Assembly (NCBI GenBank): GCA_024277355.1
Contig: JAJRVL010000002.1
Span: 60,001-92,000 of the forward strand
Direction of reading: 5' to 3'
Source of the DNA: an archaeon
GTDB taxonomy: Archaea; Iainarchaeota; Iainarchaeia; Iainarchaeales; 1-14-0-10-31-34
Length of the DNA stretch: 32,000 nt
The position numbers were made by a program, and so were the translations under genes. Numbering within the stretch: the first letter of the stretch is position 1; every line of letters begins with the position of its first letter. Below are positions 16,584 to 25,623 of this stretch, piece by piece. The notes under the pieces were generated by a model. The model did not search any database, was not told the origin of the DNA, and was given only the letters and a program-made list of their open reading frames with translations.

Positions 16584-16649
16584 TTGTGTTCCCTCAAAAA
16601 AAAAGAAGTGCATTTAATTTAATAACCTTTGCTGTTTTCAGAGGAAAAA

Positions 16650-17624
16650 TCAAAAATACTTGATTTTAAGTATTTCAGAATAAAGGATATAATTGTAGTC
16701 TTTGATTATATCAAAGAATTTTTCTTTCATTTCTTTTATTATTTTCTTGAATTCCTTATGCGAAGAAACAACTAATTCCATTTCAAAATCAGCAAAACCA
16801 ATTGTTTTGTCAACATAAATTATTTTTTCATGCTGTAATGCAAAATTCACTAATTTATTGTATTGTTTTAAATCCTTTAAATTAAAATTAACTTTATAGT
16901 AATTTAACTCAAACAAGTCAAAGTTTAAGTTTAATCTAAAACCTTGAATTAATCCTTCTTTTTTCATTTTTTCCAATGCATATTTGACTTGGATTGGGGT
17001 TATCTTCAGTTTTTTTGCAATTTCAACTGAACCAATTCTTGCATTATCTGAAACTATTTTTAAAATTTTTTTTTCTTTTTCTGAAACCTTAATTCTTTTG
17101 TCTGTTCCTGAAATAATTTTTTTTCTTTCTTCTTTTTCTGGCTTAAGAAAAGCAAGGTTAAACTGAATTAAACCTGAATAAAGTGAAACATCAATTTTTT
17201 GAAATAAATTCCTGTATTTTATCATTAATTTTTTCCAAAATTCATTGAATTCAAATGAATTTTTTGCCCAAATCACAAAACATAAGTCAAATTCGCCGTC
17301 AGTTTTTCCGACCCACCAAATCATATTATTTCCAATTAAATAGTTAGTTAATTCCTGTTCTTGTTCAGGATTAATGTACTGGTATTTCAGATAAACCCTG
17401 AACTGTTCAAACCCAAGCAAAGACATGTCAATAGCAGAATAATAACCTAAAATAACTTTTTTTTCCTCAAGTTTTTTTATTCTGTAATTGACGGTTCCTG
17501 AATTTAACTTAATTTTTTTTGCCAGCTTGTTAACTGAAATTCTTGAATTCAAATCCAATTCAAATAAAATTTCCCTGTCTTTTGAATCCAGTTCAAGTTT
17601 ATTAAAAATAGCATTTAAAGACAT
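16650..17624 (-). CDS. Tandem-duplicated Lrp/AsnC-family transcriptional regulator
   Basis: It contains two HTH modules (LDSKDREILFELDLNSRISVNKLAKKIKLNSGTVNYRIKKLEE and EKEKKILKIVSDNARIGSVEIAKKLKITPIQVKYALEKMKKEG). Each is followed by a RAM-like region. Confidence 0.75.
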   Translation of the reverse strand: MSLNAIFNKLELDSKDREILFELDLNSRISVNKLAKKIKLNSGTVNYRIKKLEEKKVILGYYSAIDMSLLGFEQFRVYLKYQYINPEQEQELTNYLIGNNMIWWVGKTDGEFDLCFVIWAKNSFEFNEFWKKLMIKYRNLFQKIDVSLYSGLIQFNLAFLKPEKEERKKIISGTDKRIKVSEKEKKILKIVSDNARIGSVEIAKKLKITPIQVKYALEKMKKEGLIQGFRLNLNFDLFELNYYKVNFNLKDLKQYNKLVNFALQHEKIIYVDKTIGFADFEMELVVSSHKEFKKIIKEMKEKFFDIIKDYNYILYSEILKIKYF

Positions 17625-17713
17625 ATTTAATCAAATTAATAAAAATAGTTAAATTATTATCGTTTTGATTAAAAATCACTTAAAAACTTTTAATAGGCTG
17701 ATAACACACAGTT

Positions 17714-18490
17714 ATGTATATGTCTAATCTTTATTCTATTGATTTTATTTGGGATATTTGTTTAGAATCTCTTTATAACAAAAAACTTTATTCAAAGTCT
17801 CTTACAAAACTTTTTAATAAATATAACTCAAAAAAAATTCTTGACTGTTCTTGTGGAACAGGTTTTCCTTCAATTGAATTAAAGAAAAACGGCTTTGATT
17901 TAACTTGTTCTGATGCAAGCTTTAATGCAGTTAAAATCCTTAAATCAAAATTAAAGCAGGAAAATATTTCAATGCCTGTATTAAATCTTAGCTGGCAGAA
18001 ATTAGATTCTTTTTTTAATGAAGAATTTGATGCAGTTTTATGCAGGGGCAATTCAATTAGTTATGCAGTTTCTTGGGAAAAGAATTCAGTTGATCTTGAA
18101 GAAGCAAGAAAAGAAATTATTGTTTCACTGAAAAACATATATTCTGTAATAAAAAAAGGAGGAATCCTTTACATTGACATTGCTTCACTTAAACCAAAGA
18201 ATCCGCTTAATTCAGTTTTTATAAAAGAGTTTTCTTCTGGAAAACTTAAAGGAAAAAAATTAAGTATTAGTTCTGAAGTAAATAATTTAGTGACTGAAAA
18301 TAAAAGAACCTGGAAACTTAATGTTTTAGTTGAACCTGAAAATAAAAGTCATTCAATTTATTCTGAAGGATATCTTTTAACTAAAATAGAATTAGTTTCA
18401 GTTCTAAAACAAATTGGCTTTAAAGAAATTCTTCCGTGCAGTGAAATCAAAGGCGAAAAAGTTTATGACGCTTTTGTTGCATTAAAATAA
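17714..18490 (+). CDS. Class I SAM-dependent methyltransferase (glycine/sarcosine N-methyltransferase-like)
   Basis: Motif I ILDCSCGTGFPSIEL, acidic loop CSDAS, post-II AVLCRGNSISY. The subfamily assignment is tentative. Confidence 0.7.
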   Translation: MYMSNLYSIDFIWDICLESLYNKKLYSKSLTKLFNKYNSKKILDCSCGTGFPSIELKKNGFDLTCSDASFNAVKILKSKLKQENISMPVLNLSWQKLDSFFNEEFDAVLCRGNSISYAVSWEKNSVDLEEARKEIIVSLKNIYSVIKKGGILYIDIASLKPKNPLNSVFIKEFSSGKLKGKKLSISSEVNNLVTENKRTWKLNVLVEPENKSHSIYSEGYLLTKIELVSVLKQIGFKEILPCSEIKGEKVYDAFVALK

Positions 18491-18501
18491 TATGTGGTTA
18501 A

Positions 18502-18837
18502 ATGAAGTGTTTTTTGAAATCAAAAATTCACAGGGCAAAAGTGACTGAAGCAAACTTAGATTATGTTGGAAGCATTTCAATTGATGAAAAATTAATGCAG
18601 AAAGCAGGGTTAGAAGAAAATGAAAAAGTTTTGGTTGCAAATATTTCTAATGGAGAAAGAATTGAAACATATGTAATCAAAGGAAAAAAAGGAGAAATCT
18701 GCTTAAATGGAGCAGCGGCAAAAAAATTCATGGAAAATGATTTAGTTATAATAATGGCTTTTGAATATTCAGACAAACCAGTTAAACCAAAAATTGTTTT
18801 GGTTGATGAAAATAATGGGTTTAAGGAGTTTTTGTAA
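18502..18837 (+). CDS. panD: Aspartate 1-decarboxylase, pyruvoyl-dependent (bacterial PanD type)
   Basis: KSKIHRAKVTEANLDYVGSISIDEKLM...CLNGAAA includes the Gly-Ser self-cleavage site. Confidence 0.9.
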   Translation: MKCFLKSKIHRAKVTEANLDYVGSISIDEKLMQKAGLEENEKVLVANISNGERIETYVIKGKKGEICLNGAAAKKFMENDLVIIMAFEYSDKPVKPKIVLVDENNGFKEFL

Positions 18838-19491
18838 TCACGGCAGGTAATATTTTAATACTGTTCCGTAACTTCTGTTCATAATTTTTGCTATTTCTGA
18901 AGGAGTTTTTCCTTGGTTTTTTAATTTTTGTATTTGTTGTTTTTCTTTTTGGCTTAGAATTTTAATTTTTCCTCCTTTTTGTTTTCCTCCTTTTTTTTGC
19001 ATTTCTCTTAATTCTTTTTTTGGTCTTATTTCAAGTAGTTTGTTAATGTAAAGTAGTGCGGTTGAACTTATTTTAATTCCTTTTTTTTTCATTTCTGTGG
19101 AAATTTGTCTGAGTGACTTATTTTTTTCACTGAAAATTTTGTTTGATGCAATAATTAATGTTATTGCATTAAGCGTGTTTCTTGAATTAATTTGCTGGTT
19201 TTTTATGTAGTGTTCCCATAATTTATTTCTTGTTTTTAATGGAATGTCTTTTCTTATCAAAACAAAGAATTTTTCTTTTTTCATTGGAGCTAATTTTTTT
19301 TGTAATAAATTGTGTTTTATTAAACTATTTCTGACAGTTTGATTTGAAACAGTTATTTTAAATTTTGTTTCAATTTGGTTTTGTATTTCGGCAACTGAAA
19401 GAGGTTTATTTAAAATAAAGTTTTTGTTTACCTGCCTTTTAATAGAATTAATTATTTGCGGTGAAATTTTTGGAGTATTTTTTCTTTTCAT
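18838..19491 (-). CDS. Lysine-rich multi-HTH DNA-binding protein (paralogue P1)
   Basis: At least three HTH-like modules. The C-terminal one resembles the Hin/resolvase HTH (LSQKEKQQIQKLKNQGKTPSEIAKIMNRSYGTVLKYY). It shares the core KFFxLIxKxIP...HTH with P2 and P3. Confidence 0.6.
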   Translation of the reverse strand: MKRKNTPKISPQIINSIKRQVNKNFILNKPLSVAEIQNQIETKFKITVSNQTVRNSLIKHNLLQKKLAPMKKEKFFVLIRKDIPLKTRNKLWEHYIKNQQINSRNTLNAITLIIASNKIFSEKNKSLRQISTEMKKKGIKISSTALLYINKLLEIRPKKELREMQKKGGKQKGGKIKILSQKEKQQIQKLKNQGKTPSEIAKIMNRSYGTVLKYYLP

Positions 19492-19496
19492 ATAAA

Positions 19497-20444
19497 TCAG
19501 AAATCTTTTGAAGTTGGAAACCTCATTTTATTCATTTTATTGATTTTTTCAATTCTTAATTGTTTTTGTCTTTTGCTCCATAAATTATTTATTTTTTCCA
19601 TTAAAATTTTTTCATTTTTAATTCCTGTTTTTTCTAATTGTGCTAACACGTCAGCAGGATAATAATCCATGTTAACTAATTCACTTATTTTTATGCTGAT
19701 TTCTTTTGAAACGGTTTTTGGTTTAATTTTAATTTTTGTTTTGTTTCCAAAATAAAATCTTTTTCGCATTGCTTTTTCTTCTTTAGAAAATATTTCTAAT
19801 CTGGTTGAAATAACATTTATTCCTGATAAAGAAATGCTTACTTTTTTTTCAGCTAATTTTTTTTGAATTTCAATAAAAGCAGTTGGTTTTTTTGTGTTTT
19901 TTTGTTTGAATAATTCTACTGCAATTTTAATGTAATTTTTTGCAGGTATTTTGTATTTTATTTTAACTGAATTTCTTGCATATAATTTCCAAAGCTTGTT
20001 TTGTTTGTCTGCTGAAAAATATTTTTTTATTTGGTTTGGAATTGATTTTGAAATTAAATCAAAAAACCTTTTTTTTGGCATTATTTTGTTTTTTTTTCTT
20101 GTTTGTCTGTAAACAGAAAGTTTTGTCTGTCTTTTTGGTTTTTTTGGAGTTGTTCCTTTGTTTTCCCAGTAATTTTTAATTGCTATTTTGATTTCTCCGT
20201 GATGTAATTTTATTCCTTCTTTTATAAGTTTGTTTTTAATTGCATTAGCACTTAATTGTTGTTCAGTCATTTCTCCAATTTTTTTCATAGTTGTTTCATT
20301 AATTCTTTTAACTTTTGGTTTTATTTTAACTTCAGCAACCATGATTTTTTTGGTTTGTTGTATGCTAAAACTTGAATTAACTCTTGTTCTTTTGCTTAAG
20401 TGATTTTGTTTTAGCATTTTTTTTATTGGAACAGGTTTTTTCAT
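19497..20444 (-). CDS. Lysine-rich multi-HTH DNA-binding protein (paralogue P2)
   Basis: Repeated modules (LSANAIKNKLIKEGIKLHHGEIKIAIKNYW; FIEIQKKLAEKKVSISLSGINVISTRL; PADVLAQLEKTGIKNEKILMEKINNLW). Core RFFDLISKSIP. Divergent to nurA. Confidence 0.6.
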   Translation of the reverse strand: MKKPVPIKKMLKQNHLSKRTRVNSSFSIQQTKKIMVAEVKIKPKVKRINETTMKKIGEMTEQQLSANAIKNKLIKEGIKLHHGEIKIAIKNYWENKGTTPKKPKRQTKLSVYRQTRKKNKIMPKKRFFDLISKSIPNQIKKYFSADKQNKLWKLYARNSVKIKYKIPAKNYIKIAVELFKQKNTKKPTAFIEIQKKLAEKKVSISLSGINVISTRLEIFSKEEKAMRKRFYFGNKTKIKIKPKTVSKEISIKISELVNMDYYPADVLAQLEKTGIKNEKILMEKINNLWSKRQKQLRIEKINKMNKMRFPTSKDF

Positions 20445-20471
20445 TATTTAATTGTATTTTTCTTTCTTTTT

Positions 20472-20488
20472 AAATTTCACTGGCGTTT
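20472..20488 (+). promoter_or_regulatory. Site A of the shared element AAATTTCACTGGCGTTT (core TTCACTGGCG) upstream of nurA
   Basis: Identical 17-mer to 23032..23048. It is followed by AAACCTTTTTAAATTAAC (BRE/TATA-like). TTCAC starts 55 nt before the nurA ATG. Confidence 0.55.
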
Positions 20489-20530
20489 ATCTTCATAAAC
20501 CTTTTTAAATTAACAAAACTTTTATTTTAT

Positions 20531-21628
20531 ATGAATGTTAATTCTTTGATTAATGATGCAGTAACTAAAATTAAAGGCAATGAAGGAAAGAAAAAAAACA
20601 TTGCAGGAAAATTAACTGCAGTAAAAAAAACAAATTTAAGTGAATTTAATTCAAAAGAATTATTTGAAGAAAACTTTTTTTTTGAAATTTCTCCTGCTGA
20701 ATTAAACAATAAAATTGCCGGAACTGATTCAGGGTTTGTTGGAAAAAGAATGCATTCAGTTGATATTGTTTTAATTAAAACAGTTTCAGCAGTTTTTTCT
20801 TATCAAAAAAACAAATTAACTAAAGCAGAATATTTTCCTTCTCCTACTGCTTTTCCTAAACCTTTTATTTCTTCTAATACTCTGGAAAATGATGAATTTC
20901 AGTCTAATCAGTCTTTAATGAGGTTAAAAGAAGAAATTTCTAATTCAATAGAAGTAATAGAAAAATTTAAGCCTGATTATTGTTTTTTGGATGGAAGTAT
21001 TATTCCGCAGTATGCTGAAACAAAAAAAGATTCACAGTTGTATTCAAATTATTCTAATTTAATTAAATTATTTCAAGAATTATATGAAACTGCAGAGCAA
21101 AACAAATGTAATTTAATTGCTACTGTGGAAGATTCAAGGGGTTCAAGATTCAGGAGTATTTTGCAGAAAGAAATCTTAGAAAAAAATAAGTTAATTGAGT
21201 CAGATGCATTAAATTCTTTTTTTGATTCAAGTTTACTTGATTATTTGCTTTCAAAAAATGAAAGAAGTTTTTGTTTTAATTACACGTCATCCATAAAAGA
21301 GCATCCGATTTTAAAGGATTTTAATGAAAAATGGGCTTCAAGAATAAAAACTTTTTATTTAAAGCCTTCAATGCTTGACAGGCCTTTAAGAATTGAATTT
21401 CTTCATAACGGAAAAAATTTAACTGAATACTGTAATGAAATTGCTTCTGTTGTTTTGTCTTTGTCTTCTTTGCATAAAGAATATGCTTATCCTTCTGTTT
21501 TAATTGAAGCAGATTTAAGGGCAAGATTAAAACCAAATGAAGTGGAAATTTTGTTTAATAAAATTCAGGATAAATTAGGAAGAGAAAATGCTTTTTTGGC
21601 TTTAAGGAGAAATTCAAGGCCGTTTTGA
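20531..21628 (+). CDS. nurA: NurA 5'-3' nuclease
   Basis: IAGTDSGF..., CFLDGSIIP and ATVEDSRGSRF match the NurA catalytic-motif layout. Confidence 0.8.
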   Translation: MNVNSLINDAVTKIKGNEGKKKNIAGKLTAVKKTNLSEFNSKELFEENFFFEISPAELNNKIAGTDSGFVGKRMHSVDIVLIKTVSAVFSYQKNKLTKAEYFPSPTAFPKPFISSNTLENDEFQSNQSLMRLKEEISNSIEVIEKFKPDYCFLDGSIIPQYAETKKDSQLYSNYSNLIKLFQELYETAEQNKCNLIATVEDSRGSRFRSILQKEILEKNKLIESDALNSFFDSSLLDYLLSKNERSFCFNYTSSIKEHPILKDFNEKWASRIKTFYLKPSMLDRPLRIEFLHNGKNLTEYCNEIASVVLSLSSLHKEYAYPSVLIEADLRARLKPNEVEILFNKIQDKLGRENAFLALRRNSRPF

Positions 21629-21677
21629 TGAAAGGATTAATATTATTTTTCTTTCTTCTTTTTTTTAGTGAATTAAG

Positions 21678-22349
21678 ATGGAAAAATTAAAAGTTAAAGC
21701 AGTTTTTTTTGATTTATGGAATACTTTGGCTTTTACTGATTCAAAAAAAGATTTATTCAGAGAAATGCAGGTTCGTTTTGGTTTAAATGAAATAACTCAT
21801 TCTCAGTTTTTGCAGGGATGTGAAAGAGCAATAATGTTAGAGGAATTTGAAACTTTAGAGCATTTATATTCAAAGTTGCTGAATTATTTTTCTGTTCCTT
21901 CAGGAGAAATTATGTTAGGGGACTTGGATTTTTTATGGAATTATACTTTAAAGAAAAACAAGTTTTATCCTGAAACAAAAAAAGTTTTAACTAAAACAAA
22001 AAAACATTTTAAGACTGCTTTAATTTCTAATTGCGAGAATTTTGGAGTTAAAGGGTTGTCTAATGGATTTGATTTTAAGGATTATTTTGATGAAATAATT
22101 CTGTCTTGTGATGTAAATTTATTAAAACCTAATTCAAAAATTTTTCAGGTTCCTTTAAAAAAACTTAAAGTTAAACCTGAACAGGCAGTAATGATTGGTG
22201 ATTCAATTCGAACTGACATGAAAGGCGCAAAAAGATCAGGATTAAAAACAATTTTAATTGACAGAAAACAAAGATTTAAAGGAAAAAAATTAGAGGTTGA
22301 TGCTGTTATTTCTTCTTTAAATGAATTAGAAAAAGTAATTGAATTTTAA
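21678..22349 (+). CDS. HAD-superfamily hydrolase (subfamily IA-like)
   Basis: Motif I FFDLWNTL, motif II LISNC, motif III K (LLKP), motif IV IGDSIRTDMKGA. Confidence 0.75.
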   Translation: MEKLKVKAVFFDLWNTLAFTDSKKDLFREMQVRFGLNEITHSQFLQGCERAIMLEEFETLEHLYSKLLNYFSVPSGEIMLGDLDFLWNYTLKKNKFYPETKKVLTKTKKHFKTALISNCENFGVKGLSNGFDFKDYFDEIILSCDVNLLKPNSKIFQVPLKKLKVKPEQAVMIGDSIRTDMKGAKRSGLKTILIDRKQRFKGKKLEVDAVISSLNELEKVIEF

Positions 22350-22354
22350 TGAAT

Positions 22355-23005
22355 TTAATAAGAAGAATCTCTGGTTTCTCTTATAATCCAATCAACTGCC
22401 TTAAATCCGGTTAATTGCTGTCTTTCTCTTTTGCTTCCTAATGAAAAAGTTTTTGCGTCATGTTTGAATTCTGCTGCAATTTTTTTCCATATGTCTCTTG
22501 TAGAAAGCTTGTTGTTTTTTGTTAATTCAATTATTCTGTTTTCAATCAGGTTATTTCTTATTTTTGTTTTTCCTTTAGCTGAAGTTATTTTTGGAATAGT
22601 TGTTTTAGGAGTGCTTATTGTAATTGAATTAGTGTTATATTCTTTTGCTTTAACTAAACCTGTTTCGTTTGCAATTCTTCTTAATGAAGCATAACTCATT
22701 CCATCAATTTTTTTTGAAACAGCAACTAAATTAAGTTTTCCTTTTTTTGATTCAATCCATAAAACATTAACTGCATTAACAATGTTTTCCGGAGAAATAA
22801 TTTTAGCGTTTTTAACTGAATTTTTTGAATTACTTTTTATTAATTCAAATGTTTTTAATTTAATTCTCCTTGGAATTGTTTTATTAAATGATCTAAAAAA
22901 TTTAGGCAGAACATTTCGCCCCAAAACAACTTTTCTCGGTTTAAGCATTTTTTGTGTTCTTGCATTTCTTCTTCTTACAGTTAAATGAGCTCGATTTTTA
23001 TTCAT
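22355..23005 (-). CDS. Lysine/arginine-rich HTH protein (paralogue P3)
   Basis: Core KFFRSFNKTIP...GMSYASLRRIANETGLV and a second HTH (LSTRDIWKKIAAEF). Divergent to herA. Confidence 0.55.
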   Translation of the reverse strand: MNKNRAHLTVRRRNARTQKMLKPRKVVLGRNVLPKFFRSFNKTIPRRIKLKTFELIKSNSKNSVKNAKIISPENIVNAVNVLWIESKKGKLNLVAVSKKIDGMSYASLRRIANETGLVKAKEYNTNSITISTPKTTIPKITSAKGKTKIRNNLIENRIIELTKNNKLSTRDIWKKIAAEFKHDAKTFSLGSKRERQQLTGFKAVDWIIRETRDSSY

Positions 23006-23031
23006 AATTTATTTTGTTTTTTAAAGTTTAT

Positions 23032-23048
23032 AAATTTCACTGGCGTTT
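23032..23048 (+). promoter_or_regulatory. Site B of the shared element AAATTTCACTGGCGTTT upstream of herA
   Basis: Identical 17-mer to site A, followed by AAAACCTTTAAATAAC. TTCAC starts 56 nt before the ATG at 23092. With starts at 20444/20531 and 23005/23092, both divergent intergenic regions are 86 nt. Confidence 0.55.
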
Positions 23049-23091
23049 TACACTGAAAACCTTTAAATAACTTATAATCATTTTTTTGTTT

Positions 23092-24627
<1,536 letters not shown>

Positions 24628-24652
24628 TAATTAAAAAAAACACTAATTTTTT

Positions 24653-25234
24653 ATGCTAAGAAAACTTTGGAGAAAAACCCGAAAACCTTTTGTTAAAACT
24701 GTTCAGGGATTAAAAAAAGTTGAAGGTGGAAAAGAAAGAAGAAAAAAGTTAGCTGATTCTTTAAAACATGCAAGAAAAATAGATAAATGTATTAAAATTT
24801 CAAGATGGGGTCGTTTTGGAGAATCTTTTTTAGAACGTGATAAAAAAATTCTTCTTTCAAGAATTAATAATTTGCTTAATCGTGAAAAACAAGTTAAGGT
24901 AGTTAAAATTTTAGATTTAGGTTCTGGTTCAGGCGTTTATTGGGATAAACTTGTACAGGGAAACCCCAGACTTAAGAGGAAACTTAAAGTTGTTTGTATT
25001 AACCCTACAAGAACTCTTTTCAGAGAAACTGAAGTAAAAAGTCTTGTTTTAGGAAATCTTTTAACAATGAATAAAGCAAGATTTAAAAAATTTCTAAAAG
25101 AAAAAGGAAAATTTAATTTGGTTATTTCTTCTGCAGGCTCTTATCATTACAGTTTTGAAAAAGAATTATTTGATAGAAGAATAATGGATGTTTTAATTGA
25201 AAAAAAAGAATCTAATTTTTTGCTTTTAACTTAA
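24653..25234 (+). CDS. Small class I methyltransferase-like protein with a basic N-terminal tail
   Basis: Motif I ILDLGSGSGVYW. The K/R-rich first ~45 aa suggest nucleic-acid binding. It lies 25 nt downstream of herA on the same strand. Confidence 0.5.
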   Translation: MLRKLWRKTRKPFVKTVQGLKKVEGGKERRKKLADSLKHARKIDKCIKISRWGRFGESFLERDKKILLSRINNLLNREKQVKVVKILDLGSGSGVYWDKLVQGNPRLKRKLKVVCINPTRTLFRETEVKSLVLGNLLTMNKARFKKFLKEKGKFNLVISSAGSYHYSFEKELFDRRIMDVLIEKKESNFLLLT

Positions 25235-25486
25235 TCAAAAACCTAATTTTTTTAGTTTTGCACTTGGATCATCATTAATATATTCTTCTAATGCTTTTTC
25301 TAATTCATCTTCTTTTTCAAAACTTAATCCTTTTTTTGTTTTACCGCTTAATTCTTCAATTCTTAATCTTACTGCATCTCTTACTGCTTCAGTCCTTGAA
25401 GCATAAAAACCATTTTTAACTAATTTGTCAATTTTTTCAATGTCTTTTTTTGAAAAATTAATTAACACAGAAATTTTTGAATTCAT
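25235..25486 (-). CDS. Ribbon-helix-helix (CopG/Arc/MetJ-type) DNA-binding protein
   Basis: MNSKISVLINFSKKDIEKIDKLVKNGFYASRTEAVRDAVRLRIEE has the beta-strand/helix/helix pattern. I chose the ATG at 25486 (M6 of the listed ORF). Confidence 0.7.
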   Translation of the reverse strand: MNSKISVLINFSKKDIEKIDKLVKNGFYASRTEAVRDAVRLRIEELSGKTKKGLSFEKEDELEKALEEYINDDPSAKLKKLGF

Positions 25487-25530
25487 AATACTAAAACACA
25501 ATTAAACTTAATAAATATATACTAAAATAC

Positions 25531-25552
25531 ATTATTTATATATTATTTATAT
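25531..25552. repeat. Perfect tandem direct repeat 2 x ATTATTTATAT
   Basis: 11-nt period between the divergent RHH and PolB-like genes. It could be an RHH operator or duplicated TATA boxes. Confidence 0.4.
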
Positions 25553-25565
25553 ATTTGTTGCTTTC

Positions 25566-25575
25566 TTCACCGGCA
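25566..25575 (+). promoter_or_regulatory. Site C of the shared element (TTCACCGGCA) upstream of the PolB-like gene
   Basis: It matches TTCACYGGCR. It starts 58 nt before the ATG at 25624, and a TATA-like TTTTTAAAGAACTTAAAT lies between. Confidence 0.45.
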
Positions 25576-25623
25576 GTCAGGAGTTGGGTTTTTGTTTTTA
25601 AAGAACTTAAATTTGTTTCTTGT

